A program made the translations under genes and the position numbers. From positions 32,001 to 96,000 of the IMG/VR virus record IMGVR_UViG_3300025372_000639: a stretch of 64,000 nucleotides of DNA, one strand, 5' to 3'. Shown here piece after piece: positions 45,288 to 55,199 of this stretch (positions are counted from its first letter, which is position 1; the number at the start of each line of letters is the position of its first letter). The stretch comes from a virus (Duplodnaviria > Caudoviricetes). The notes under the pieces were generated by a model, which saw only the letters and a list, made by a program, of their open reading frames with translations, was not told the DNA's origin and did not search any database.

Positions 45288-45340
45288 TTGACAAGAAATC
45301 CTGTTTAGTGTATAATTAGTACATAAACAGGATTTTTACT

Positions 45341-45772
45341 ATGCGTGAGTACATCAACATTGTCGAAGGTATTACAGATACGTGGTTCAACGATATGGCC
45401 GCTATGCGTGTATACAAACGACCAGCTAAAGAAAAATATGAAATTGCAACAGAACCAGGCACAATCGAAACATTAGAAGGCCCTGTTAAGTATCCTGCAG
45501 GTTTTTACATTATGACTGGACCTAAAGGTGAGCAGTATCCAATCAGCCCAGAAAAGTTTAAAGACCTTAAAGATGACTTAGGGAACGGTGTTTGTACTCC
45601 TAAGAAAATTGTTAAAGTTGCTAAAATTGCAGACCATACGGGTAGTGTCAATACCAGTTGGGGCGAGAAGTTACATTATAAACCAAACGAAGACGTTATT
45701 GTTCGCCACGGTCCAAATGACTACGGTGTAGTTAAAAAAGATATCTTCGACCAAACTTACGAGAAAGCATAA
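45341..45772 (+). CDS. PGDYG-like two-repeat protein
   Basis: TLEG...GPKGEQYP and DYGVVKKDIF.QTY. Confidence 0.55.
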   Translation: MREYINIVEGITDTWFNDMAAMRVYKRPAKEKYEIATEPGTIETLEGPVKYPAGFYIMTGPKGEQYPISPEKFKDLKDDLGNGVCTPKKIVKVAKIADHTGSVNTSWGEKLHYKPNEDVIVRHGPNDYGVVKKDIFDQTYEKA

Positions 45773-46605
45773 TGCGTAATCATTATTGGACATGTTCAAA
45801 ATTTGCCGACTGGGTTCGCGGCACACCTAAGGGCGGTGCAAAGACCAGTGAAGGTTGGGACGAATGGAATGATGAAGCCAAGCGTTACCATCCTGTGCGC
45901 TATTGGCTTGCTGAAGAAGGTCTTGACTACGCTCAAAGGATTGTTTTCTGGATTCCGGATAAATTACATGCTATCAAATATTATGTCAATAATCGTTGGA
46001 TTACCCGCACTCATGCTCTTACTGCCCATCCTAGGGACATTCCTCGTGGTGAATGGCGTGATGTGGGAAATCGTTTTCTTCCCTGCCTTTTTAACGAACT
46101 TGTGGATTTTGTGGAAGTTGAACTAGCATGGTGGCACCTTGCCTGGAATGCAGAAGAAAGACCAAAGTATAACATGCCTTGGTGGGCAGTAGGTTGGTGG
46201 CGTATTCCCACATGGCGCTGTCCGCAGGCTGGTCTTGATAACCTAGATTGGCAAAGTAAACTAGTTTGGAAAGAAGAAGAATGTGAGCTGAATAGTCCAA
46301 ACATTGGAAAACCTACTTACCAAGCAGAAAAGGCTTTAGAAATTCTAGCACTTTATAAGTGGTGGACTGAAGTTTATCGTAACCGTCCAGAACCAATGGA
46401 AGCAAGTGGTTGGAGTGCTTATTGTAAGGCCGCCCGCCTAGCTAACGGTGGTCGACTAAGATTCAATGGCGACAAGACTCCTGAGCTCGCTAAGATGAGC
46501 AAGATTGCTATGAAGAAGCTTCAAAAGATTGAATCCGATTATGAAAAAGAAGATGAAGCAATGATGATCCGTTTAATTAAAATTCGTAACTCACTTTGGA
46601 CTTAA
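45772..46605 (+). CDS. Trp-rich hypothetical protein
   Basis: long ORF coupled by TAATG. Confidence 0.7.
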   Translation: MRNHYWTCSKFADWVRGTPKGGAKTSEGWDEWNDEAKRYHPVRYWLAEEGLDYAQRIVFWIPDKLHAIKYYVNNRWITRTHALTAHPRDIPRGEWRDVGNRFLPCLFNELVDFVEVELAWWHLAWNAEERPKYNMPWWAVGWWRIPTWRCPQAGLDNLDWQSKLVWKEEECELNSPNIGKPTYQAEKALEILALYKWWTEVYRNRPEPMEASGWSAYCKAARLANGGRLRFNGDKTPELAKMSKIAMKKLQKIESDYEKEDEAMMIRLIKIRNSLWT

Positions 46606-46606
46606 A

Positions 46607-46900
46607 ATGACTGATAAAAAACTTGAAGATAAAACTATTGAAGAACTCGGACCTGAGGACTTTCCAAAACTAGAAATTAAATTTGCCCCCGGTGCATTTG
46701 ATGATTTTGAAGGCTCTCAAGAAGAGCTTGACGAACTGGTATTACAAATCCAAAATATGATCAAGGATGGATCACTATTTGAAAAATCTAGAAGTGTAGA
46801 TCTTGATGAACTTTTGGAAAGTGATGATCCAGCTGATCAACGTCTTGCACAAAAAATTATGCATTCTTTTGACGATCAAGAGCCACCACAACTTCAATAA
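46607..46900 (+). CDS. acidic hypothetical protein
   Basis: ORF. Confidence 0.55.
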   Translation: MTDKKLEDKTIEELGPEDFPKLEIKFAPGAFDDFEGSQEELDELVLQIQNMIKDGSLFEKSRSVDLDELLESDDPADQRLAQKIMHSFDDQEPPQLQ

Positions 46901-46921
46901 AAACATCAGATAAATATTTTT

Positions 46922-47926
46922 ATGAAAAAATATTTTGATGAAGTACCATTAACTCCTTTCCAAGCTAGATACGGGTACAATGTACCAGACAATAATTATC
47001 CTACAAATTTCTTTGTAGAAAAGATGTTAAGTAGGAAAACCATAAGAAGGTTTGACACAGAAAGCCCGTTAGATCCTAAATTAATTGAAAAACTAGTTGC
47101 TGTAGCCCAATCTGCTCCAACTAGTTCAATGCTTCAGCCATGGAGTATTCTCGCAATTAATACAAAAGAACAGAAAGAGAAATTACTAACAGAAGAAAAT
47201 GCAATTTGGTTTGAAGCACCGACAAACCATCTTACAAAACAAGATATAAACGGCGTCAAGAGATCAGATGTACCAACATCAGCAATTATCGACGCACTGA
47301 AAGAATGCGATACATTGTTAGTATGGCTTGTAGATTTTACAATAACAGATGCTGTTATAAATCGTCCCGATGCATATGATGCTGACCCACAATTGCTCAA
47401 ATATAGAGATCAAGTTGTAAAATTGTCCCGAGAACTTGATATGGAAATGAGAGCAATTACAGATACAATTATTGCGGCACAGACATTCTGTGTTGCGGCT
47501 GAATCTCTCGGTCTAGGAGTTATGTACATGGGATCTATAAAAAATATAGAGCTTGGGCCAGATTTTAATATTCCTTCTAGATGTATTCCATTATTTGGTA
47601 TGGCAATAGGTTGGCCAAAATCTGATAATTTGAACACCTGGGGGAATTTTAAAACTACACCGACGGCTCCTACAATTATTAAACCAAGATTACCACAAGA
47701 ATTGATATTTCATAAAGGAGTCTACAACAATAAAAGTAAAGAAAGATTAGACGACGAAAGATTTGAAAAAGTGAAAGAATACAATCAAACACTGGTTAGA
47801 TTTTATCGTTGGCACTATCAATCATGGGATTGGTTTAATCGAGTAATTATGAGAACGTGGAGAAAAAGAAACAGGTTCCTAGATTTATGTAAAAATCATG
47901 GAATTTTTAGTTACATAGAGAAATAA
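46922..47926 (+). CDS. nitroreductase family (NfsA-like)
   Basis: RKTIRRF, AQSAPTSS.LQPW, AAESLGLG, KPRLP. Confidence 0.85.
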   Translation: MKKYFDEVPLTPFQARYGYNVPDNNYPTNFFVEKMLSRKTIRRFDTESPLDPKLIEKLVAVAQSAPTSSMLQPWSILAINTKEQKEKLLTEENAIWFEAPTNHLTKQDINGVKRSDVPTSAIIDALKECDTLLVWLVDFTITDAVINRPDAYDADPQLLKYRDQVVKLSRELDMEMRAITDTIIAAQTFCVAAESLGLGVMYMGSIKNIELGPDFNIPSRCIPLFGMAIGWPKSDNLNTWGNFKTTPTAPTIIKPRLPQELIFHKGVYNNKSKERLDDERFEKVKEYNQTLVRFYRWHYQSWDWFNRVIMRTWRKRNRFLDLCKNHGIFSYIEK

Positions 47927-47929
47927 ATT

Positions 47930-48505
47930 ATGACTAACAAAGTAGCATCAAGCCCTGATCGTCATACCTTTCAAAAAGAAGGGTATGTCAAACGCTGTGA
48001 GGAACAAGGTAAATTGCCTAATCCTGATTACATCAATATGTACAAAACTTGGCGTGAGCAAGACGAAGCCAATCTTGTAGATCCAGAATGGCAAAAAAAC
48101 AACATGGAATACGACCTTCGTAGCACAGAATGGATTTGCGACAAAGCAAAGGCTAGCAATAACTATGCTCAAAACTTATATGCCGCAATGTGCAATAGGG
48201 AATGGTGTAATGTCAAAGGCATTGATCCAAAAGCTACCCTAGATATATTAAAAGAAGATTATTGGTCTTGCTCCTGGCGTCATGCTGGAGGTATAATTGC
48301 CGACATGTTGGAAAAAGGTGATTACATCGATTGGTACTGCTCCGGAATTGGCGGTCAAGACACTGGATACGGACTCGATCATCGCGAACCAGAATCGGAC
48401 AAGGATGGGCGTACCTATGTTCCAGAAGGCATAGTTACCGATGAAATACAAGCAGACCTAAAACAACTTGGTTGGATAGTTGTGGAAAAAAATGATGAGT
48501 TCTAA
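47930..48505 (+). CDS. hypothetical protein
   Basis: ORF. Confidence 0.65.
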   Translation: MTNKVASSPDRHTFQKEGYVKRCEEQGKLPNPDYINMYKTWREQDEANLVDPEWQKNNMEYDLRSTEWICDKAKASNNYAQNLYAAMCNREWCNVKGIDPKATLDILKEDYWSCSWRHAGGIIADMLEKGDYIDWYCSGIGGQDTGYGLDHREPESDKDGRTYVPEGIVTDEIQADLKQLGWIVVEKNDEF

Positions 48506-48786
48506 TGAGCAAGCAAATCATACTTTTCCCAGAGAATTGGGAAAAACTAAAGAATAGACTTACCAACGACTATTCTCCCAGTGTCATGATGATCCGGGGA
48601 AAAATGAAAAGGGTACTAGGTTTTGTACCAAGGAATCATATCGTTTGGAGACATGATGTCGGCGGCAGTTATCCAATTGAACAAGTACATTTGGACTTTT
48701 ACAATGAGCCAAAAAAGACTATGTTTGTACTCAAATACTCAGAATATTTGGACAAATCTGGTAAAATAGACCTACGAGATAGTTGA
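48505..48786 (+). CDS. hypothetical protein
   Basis: coupled ORF. Confidence 0.55.
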   Translation: MSKQIILFPENWEKLKNRLTNDYSPSVMMIRGKMKRVLGFVPRNHIVWRHDVGGSYPIEQVHLDFYNEPKKTMFVLKYSEYLDKSGKIDLRDS

Positions 48787-48811
48787 CAAAGTGGTAAATT
48801 GGCGCTATAAT
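48783..48811 (+). promoter_or_regulatory. sigma70-type promoter
   Basis: TTGACA-17-TATAAT. Confidence 0.8.
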
Positions 48812-48842
48812 ATAACTATACTGAAACACAAAGGAGCACTAA

Positions 48843-50027
48843 ATGGCTACTAAACTTAAACAGGCATCTATTACAATTCGTCAAAATAAAAGCCGCGACA
48901 TGAGTCCAAAATGGGACGGCGCCGATGAGTGGGATGCTGAGAAGTTCACACGTCATTTCCGACATTCTATGGAATGGTATCGTTTAGAAAGTTCAGTTAA
49001 AGAACTCAAGCCCAAATTGGTAGAATGGATGAATACCAATGGCTACACTAAAAGTGATAGTGACGCTATTCGTAAAACCAAAGACAAGTACTTTAATGGT
49101 ACTATCGTCGGTATTGCCGCTTGCCTAATCAAAGGTATGCCCGAAGTTCATGCAGGTTTTAATCAAGGTCGTGATACAGCCGCTTGGTTGCGTAAAGAAA
49201 TTGAAAAAGTTCTCGAAGCAGGTGCCGACGATCTCGAAGACGACGAAGATACTCCCAAGGTTGAAAAACCTGTAGTGTATGTTCCTAACATTCAAGAGCG
49301 GTTGCGTGAAGCCGCAGGCGACATGAGTGAAGAACTTGATGTTGCTATCGACTCTTGGATCATGGATCCAGAAGCATTCGATCCAAAAGCATTTAAAATT
49401 GTAAACTTGTTGCGTGGCAAGGGTGCCAAGGCCGCTCATGCTCGCTACATTAAGACTTTCTTTGTTCGTGGTCAAAACGAATTGCTGGAATTGTCTAGTG
49501 GCAATGCAGATGATCAGTTGCGTGAAGCATATAAGCACAATAGCCGTAAAAATGTCAACAAGTTGATTGCATTTTACGAAAGTATTATGGCCGCATGTGA
49601 TCAAATTTCCGCAGAAGCTAAGGTTATGAAGAAACCTCGTGCTAAGAAAGTCAAACCTGCAGAACAGATTGTGGCTAAACTTAAATTCTGTGTTAAGGAC
49701 GACAAGTTGGGCATTGTGTCAGTGCCGCCAGCAGGCGTTATTGGTGCCCAAGGTGTTGCTGTGTTTAATGTTAAGACTCGTAAGATTGGCTATTACATTA
49801 GCAAAACTTCAGCAGGTCTTGGCGTTAAAGGTACAAGCCTTACTGACTTTAGTGAAAAGAGTTTCCAAAAGACTATGCGTAAGCCCGAAATTCAACTCAA
49901 AGAGTTCAAAGAACAGAATACGCAAAAGCGTTTTGAAACTTGGTTTAGCAAGAGTGTCAAGACCACTGAGACTTTGCTAAATGGTCGCATGTCAGATGAT
50001 GTGATTATCTTAAAAGTCTTTAAATGA
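48843..50027 (+). CDS. hypothetical protein
   Basis: 394 aa, AAGGAG RBS, consensus promoter upstream. Confidence 0.75.
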   Translation: MATKLKQASITIRQNKSRDMSPKWDGADEWDAEKFTRHFRHSMEWYRLESSVKELKPKLVEWMNTNGYTKSDSDAIRKTKDKYFNGTIVGIAACLIKGMPEVHAGFNQGRDTAAWLRKEIEKVLEAGADDLEDDEDTPKVEKPVVYVPNIQERLREAAGDMSEELDVAIDSWIMDPEAFDPKAFKIVNLLRGKGAKAAHARYIKTFFVRGQNELLELSSGNADDQLREAYKHNSRKNVNKLIAFYESIMAACDQISAEAKVMKKPRAKKVKPAEQIVAKLKFCVKDDKLGIVSVPPAGVIGAQGVAVFNVKTRKIGYYISKTSAGLGVKGTSLTDFSEKSFQKTMRKPEIQLKEFKEQNTQKRFETWFSKSVKTTETLLNGRMSDDVIILKVFK

Positions 50028-51066
50028 ACGAACGAATTAAACTACTCGCTGAACAGGCTGGTTTAGAATTTGATAACGATTTGGCATTAGAACCTGAACC
50101 AATCTATTATACCACTCAAAAAGATTTGGAAAAGTTCGCCGAGTTGATTGTCAGTGAATGTGTAATGCTGTGCGATAAAGTATATGAACAGAATGATAAT
50201 GTAAAGATCCAAGCAGGTGCTACATTTTGCCGTGAAGATATTAAGAAACACTTCGGAGTTGAAGAATGAACAAACGAATTAAAGAACTATTGGACCAATG
50301 CACGGATCAAACAATGACAAAGCCATGGCCGTTGATTGATGCAGAAAAGTTCGCCGAGTTGCTTATATTGGAATGCGCTAATATCGCTGATTCGGCTGAA
50401 CCTTATCTTTCCTCAGATTTAATTAAAGAACATTTTGGAGTTGAATGATGATATTAGAAGATTTGGAATATATTTTTAAACCGCAGATTGAAGAAGGTAC
50501 AACCAAGTTGTATTTTATGTTAATCGATGACAACCATAAAGTAATAGAACGACACAATGCTAGTGATATGGCCAGTCTTGTGCCAATGTTGGATAACTTT
50601 CAATACGCTGGCACTGAGGCTCGTATGCCGAGGTTTGTAAAATGAACGAACGAATTCGAGAACTTGCTGAACAGGCTGGATTCTTAAACAAAGATGAAGA
50701 ATCTATCGAATATTTCGCCGAGTTGATTGTGCGGGAATGTGCTGACGCTATTATCAAAGATAGCCGCTTGAGTGATGTTCGTAGTGCCGCTAATGGTTGT
50801 GTGCGAACGATTAAAGAACATTTCGGAGTTGAAGAATGAACGGACTAATTAAAGAGCTTGCTCGACAGGCAGCACTACCAATTACTTGTGAGTATGAAAT
50901 TCCTGATGAATTTGTAGAAAATTTCGCCGAGTTGATTGTTAGGGAATGTATCGGATGTTGTGAACAAGTTATTAGTGATCCTGTTCCTAAATCTGTTGAT
51001 ACTTGGCTAAATGGCGGTTCTCAATGTATTGACGAGATTAAACAACATTTCGGAGTTGAAGAATGA
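50024..51066 (+). repeat. array of four small paralogous ORFs (50024..50269, 50266..50448, 50642..50839, 50836..51066) with shared DNA blocks
   Basis: repeated TTCGCCGAGTTG and GGAGTTGAA(GA)ATGA; proteins MN..I..L...FAEL...EC...IK.HFGVE. Confidence 0.85.
50445..50645 (+). CDS. hypothetical protein within the array
   Basis: ATGA-coupled. Confidence 0.55.
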   Translation: MMILEDLEYIFKPQIEEGTTKLYFMLIDDNHKVIERHNASDMASLVPMLDNFQYAGTEARMPRFVK

Positions 51067-51248
51067 CAAAGGGATTGATTATTATCTTCTTGCAACTAAT
51101 GGCCGTTTGTGCTACAATGTATATTATTATAAGTTACTATCCCCGTCATGGTGTTGTAGCCTATAATTGTAGTATTGCAGAAATTAGTCCGGACTTTCCT
51201 CTAGACGTAAAAAAAGAATGTAGAGAAAAAAAATGCAGAAAAAATTAA
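51063..51248 (+). CDS. small membrane-anchored protein
   Basis: N-terminal hydrophobic segment. Confidence 0.5.
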   Translation: MTKGLIIIFLQLMAVCATMYIIISYYPRHGVVAYNCSIAEISPDFPLDVKKECREKKCRKN

Positions 51249-51508
51249 AGGAATTAGCAATACTGGCAAATCCCAGTAGCAAACAGATATATGACGTTGA
51301 GAATTCATGGCCATATAATTGTGCGGCATGGTCAGGTGACGATCTAGATAGATTTAAAAATCTACTAGTAGATGAATGTATCAGTGCTTTAAAGTCAGAA
51401 TTTAAAGTAAAACATTGTGCATACACTACATACGACCTAGGTGTAGTAGAATGTGTAATTGGAAAAGCAGAAGAAGCAATTAGAAATCATTTTAAGGAAG
51501 AACTATGA
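51233..51508 (+). CDS. hypothetical protein, divergent member of the array family
   Basis: LKELA...F..LLVDECI...IRNHF. Confidence 0.55.
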   Translation: MQKKLKELAILANPSSKQIYDVENSWPYNCAAWSGDDLDRFKNLLVDECISALKSEFKVKHCAYTTYDLGVVECVIGKAEEAIRNHFKEEL

Positions 51509-52077
51509 TCACAATTAAAGAATATTTCGAACTAGTCAGTTACCGTATCACCGAGGGTGATAGTTACGGTTGGTCTTGCTATGGGCCTAATGCACATTCT
51601 CTAAGTGCATGGAATGGTATCCATGGCGCAGGTGGTTGGAGTGCTAATATTGTGTTTAGTACCAAGACACAAAAGGTCTATGAAGTTGAAATTTGCGATT
51701 ACACCAACAATCGTGCTTATCGTATGATTGACGAAAACAAACGCAAGAAACATGCCAAGGAAGCCGAAACACACGGTGCTGATTTAAACCAAGCGTGGGA
51801 CGATGTTGAATACACTGACTTAGAAGTTGACGAAGACTTTATGGAAAAGGCGCAGGCTATTGTCGAAGGTCGAGAGTACGATACTCGTATTAGTATTCCA
51901 CTAGATATTCCAAATGATGAACTGCTCAAATATATGATAATGGCACATGAGCGTGGAATGACTTTTAACGACTATGTCGAAGAAGCACTCAAATATGCTA
52001 TCGAAGAACACAAGCGTGACCCAGAAGCATTTAAGACAAGAACGGAAACATGGAAAGCTGATCATGACAATGCCTGA
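51505..52077 (+). CDS. hypothetical protein
   Basis: coupled ORF. Confidence 0.65.
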   Translation: MITIKEYFELVSYRITEGDSYGWSCYGPNAHSLSAWNGIHGAGGWSANIVFSTKTQKVYEVEICDYTNNRAYRMIDENKRKKHAKEAETHGADLNQAWDDVEYTDLEVDEDFMEKAQAIVEGREYDTRISIPLDIPNDELLKYMIMAHERGMTFNDYVEEALKYAIEEHKRDPEAFKTRTETWKADHDNA

Positions 52078-52327
52078 TGAAAGGTACCGTGCTGTAATAT
52101 GGGCATCGAATTTTTTAGGAGATATTGCTAACAATCCTAAAAAATATCCCAGGATTCCTAAAACAATTAGACAAGAGGCCTGGAGCATATTACGACATTA
52201 TCCAAGTGATTGGGAAATGAGTCGAGTTGCCGAAAAAGTCCCAGAGGTATTCCAAGAAAGAATGGAACCTTTGTATAAGATGGTTAAACAATACAAACAG
52301 GATAAAGAAAATGAAACAGGAACTTGA
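52064..52327 (+). CDS. hypothetical protein
   Basis: MTMPDERYRA...LRHYP. Confidence 0.6.
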   Translation: MTMPDERYRAVIWASNFLGDIANNPKKYPRIPKTIRQEAWSILRHYPSDWEMSRVAEKVPEVFQERMEPLYKMVKQYKQDKENETGT

Positions 52328-52742
52328 CGAATACCTATGCAAGGTCTATCCAAAGATATTTGCCAATAGGCACAAGGATATGACCGAGACAGCAATGTGT
52401 TGGGGTTTTGACTGCGGCGATGGTTGGTTTCAAATACTTAACCAACTCTGCAATAATATTCAACATCACATCAATTGGAAGAACAAAGACGGTGAAGTTG
52501 TGGCACAAGTTGTAGCAGACCAAGTTAAGGAAAAATTTGGCACACTACGGTTTTACTACACCGGTGGTGATGAATATATTTCCGGTCTTGTAAGTATGGC
52601 AGAAAGCATGAGTGGGGTCACTTGCGAAGATTGCGGTGCGCCGGGCGAAACTGGTGGCGGTGGTTGGATTACTACTCTATGCAAAACCCATCGTGAAGGA
52701 CGAGCTCAAAAAAGAGCAGAAATGTTTAAGGAAGTATCATGA
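52311..52742 (+). CDS. hypothetical phage protein
   Basis: CGDGW, QVKEKFGTLRFY, CEDCG..G, C-terminal C..H. Confidence 0.65.
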   Translation: MKQELDEYLCKVYPKIFANRHKDMTETAMCWGFDCGDGWFQILNQLCNNIQHHINWKNKDGEVVAQVVADQVKEKFGTLRFYYTGGDEYISGLVSMAESMSGVTCEDCGAPGETGGGGWITTLCKTHREGRAQKRAEMFKEVS

Positions 52743-53161
52743 AAATCGGACTTAGTTATAGTCGCTGTGTTAGAGACATTATCGATGGCAAGGTAGACCT
52801 TGAGGATGTGCTACTTATTATTTCTCGTACAGATTTTAATCCAAATGTAGATACAGAATGGGATGGTATTTGGTCAGGTTATCACGGCTATAGTCCATGG
52901 AGTAATCCTGAATGGGTCAACTATGAGGACGAGGACGAAGAAAAGTTTCGCAAAATTAGTATCGAACTTTATGCGTCTGGTAGACTACATCAACCTCGCC
53001 AATTTGGCGCACACCCAAAACGACTACCGTATTACTGGCTCGAAGCAAGTCTACCGGCAGAAGAATTAGAATCTAATCCGTCTGTTAAACGAGCATGGGA
53101 ACAATTTCAAATTGTTGCCGGGTTGTCAAATCCAACACCTGTTTTGAAAGACAACTTCTAA
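52739..53161 (+). CDS. hypothetical protein
   Basis: coupled ORF. Confidence 0.6.
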   Translation: MKIGLSYSRCVRDIIDGKVDLEDVLLIISRTDFNPNVDTEWDGIWSGYHGYSPWSNPEWVNYEDEDEEKFRKISIELYASGRLHQPRQFGAHPKRLPYYWLEASLPAEELESNPSVKRAWEQFQIVAGLSNPTPVLKDNF

Positions 53162-53412
53162 TGAAAATCTTATCATTCATCAAATGGCATATTTGTAAAC
53201 TAACATTAGATATGTGTCTATGGATGGTGTTTTGTTTTTGTGTATCTTCTTGGGCAAGTTCAAAAAATGAAACAATGTTCCAAATTGCGGCATTGATTTT
53301 CCTTTACGGTTTCTGTAAAATTACTTGGAGCCTTGTAAAAGAATCTTACAAGACGTTTGAAGAAGAACAGCAAAGTCTATTTGACACAATTAAAAACTCT
53401 GATAAAAAATAA
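53161..53412 (+). CDS. small membrane protein
   Basis: two hydrophobic segments. Confidence 0.5.
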   Translation: MKILSFIKWHICKLTLDMCLWMVFCFCVSSWASSKNETMFQIAALIFLYGFCKITWSLVKESYKTFEEEQQSLFDTIKNSDKK

Positions 53413-53420
53413 GGAAAACT

Positions 53421-54041
53421 ATGTTAGTACCAATGGTAATTGAGAAAACCGGACAAGGCGAACGTGCCTTTGATATTTTTAGCCGGTTGTTAAATGAACG
53501 CATCGTGTTCCTAAATGGACCAGTTGATGATCATAGTGCTCACTTGATTGTGGCACAACTATTACATCTTGAAAGTCAAGATGCAGAAAAGGACATCAAC
53601 TTTTATATCAATAGTCCCGGTGGACTAGTTACAGCTGGTCTAAGCATCTATGATGTTATGCAGTTTGTTAAACCAGATGTCGCTACCTATGTTATGGGTC
53701 AGGCGGCTAGTATGGGTTCATTCCTTGCACAAGCAGGTGCCAAGGGTAAACGATTTGTTTTGCCAGAATCACGTACAATGATTCACCGTGTTAGCTCAGG
53801 TACTCCGGGAACTAAAGGTTCAGTCCATGTACAAGAATTACAATTCGAAGATACAAAACGCACATACGAAGAAAGTCAACGTATCAATCGACGACTAACT
53901 GAGCTCTATGTCAAACATAATACAGCAGGCAAGAGTTACGAAGACATGTTTGAAACAATGAAGTTTGATACATTCTTGAGTGCAGAAGAAGCAGTTGCAT
54001 TCGGACTTGCAGATAAAGTTGTAGAAAATCGACCTGCATAA
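53421..54041 (+). CDS. clpP: ATP-dependent Clp protease proteolytic subunit
   Basis: [26 protein letters not shown]. Confidence 0.95.
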   Translation: MLVPMVIEKTGQGERAFDIFSRLLNERIVFLNGPVDDHSAHLIVAQLLHLESQDAEKDINFYINSPGGLVTAGLSIYDVMQFVKPDVATYVMGQAASMGSFLAQAGAKGKRFVLPESRTMIHRVSSGTPGTKGSVHVQELQFEDTKRTYEESQRINRRLTELYVKHNTAGKSYEDMFETMKFDTFLSAEEAVAFGLADKVVENRPA

Positions 54042-54313
54042 TAAACTACTGACAAAAATCTCCCACTAGGTGTAGTAAATAATTACACTTATGGGAGAAT
54101 CATTATGGCATACACATTAATAATCTTAAGCATTACAGGCATCGGTAGTATATGGGTATTGAAAAGCCTACACCACGAGTGTAAAGCAAGAGAAAAAGAA
54201 AAAAGTATAGTCAGTTTTTTAGCAGAAGAGATTAAAAAACTTCGCAAAGATGTTAACGATTTGAAAAAATAACTGCTTGACATTTTTTAACTTAAATAGT
54301 ATTATAATCACAC

Positions 54314-54360
54314 AGCGGCCTTTTACGTCATTCAACCCGCTTTATAAATTCTGCATGTCG
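54314..54360 (+). promoter_or_regulatory. candidate preQ1-I-like riboswitch in queD leader
   Basis: AGCGG/CCGCT stem, 18-nt loop, TTATAAA tail. Confidence 0.4.
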
Positions 54361-54392
54361 TCAAACTTGCTCATACAAAAAGGAGACTAGAG

Positions 54393-54899
54393 ATGGCAAA
54401 TTTACAACCAGTACAATATAAGTACACTTCAACAAAAGAATATCACGATGCATTTCCATGTGCATATCGGCAATGGCGTGCCGATAGCCATTGCAATCTA
54501 ATTCATGGTTATTCGTTTAGTATGAAGTTCTACTTTGGAACCAACGACCTTGATGTTCGTAATTGGGCGGCTGACTACGGCGGTTTAAAAGAACTTAAAA
54601 AGATTTTAGAAGACCAATTCGATCATACACTTATTGTAGCCGCGGATGATCCAGAGATGGCGACATTTAAAATGCTACAAGAAAAGAACATGGCCAAGAT
54701 TGTAGTCTTGCCTAGAATTGGATGTGAAGGTCTTAGTGACATGCTATACAAGTATGTAAATGGCGTTTACATTCCCGAAATGTGGGGACCAGGTGAAGCG
54801 GCTAGACTTTGGTGCTACCGTGTAGAAGTACGTGAAACACAATCAAATATGGCTTATTGTGAAGGTCACAGAGAATGGAATGAGGATCTATTTGCGTAA
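54393..54899 (+). CDS. queD: 6-carboxytetrahydropterin synthase
   Basis: HCNLIHGY, DYGGLK, FDHT, VRET. Confidence 0.85.
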   Translation: MANLQPVQYKYTSTKEYHDAFPCAYRQWRADSHCNLIHGYSFSMKFYFGTNDLDVRNWAADYGGLKELKKILEDQFDHTLIVAADDPEMATFKMLQEKNMAKIVVLPRIGCEGLSDMLYKYVNGVYIPEMWGPGEAARLWCYRVEVRETQSNMAYCEGHREWNEDLFA

Positions 54900-55199
54900 A
54901 ATTTGGCGCCTTTGGGCAAAAGCACTAGGAGAGAAGGCAGGCAGCACAGATCAAGAATCCGATCGTGTTGCTTGTATCCGGACCTGTATTGTGCTATCAT
55001 ATATTATAACGAACTGCTTTATCATAGCAGGCGTTGTTAGGCATTGGTAAACTATGAAAGATAAAGATTGGTTAGACAAAATTAGTGTTGCTTATAAATC
55101 GTTTCCTTACCCAAATATAAACATTGAATTTTTTATACTTTGGCTCTATAGGCAATACGGAATTGTTCCTCCTGAAGAACGAAAGAAAAAGGATAAAGA

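Noticed and set aside
50024-51066. CRISPR array or DGR template/variable repeats
   Set aside because: Repeats are in-frame parts of coding paralogs with irregular spacing; no cas or reverse transcriptase gene in the window
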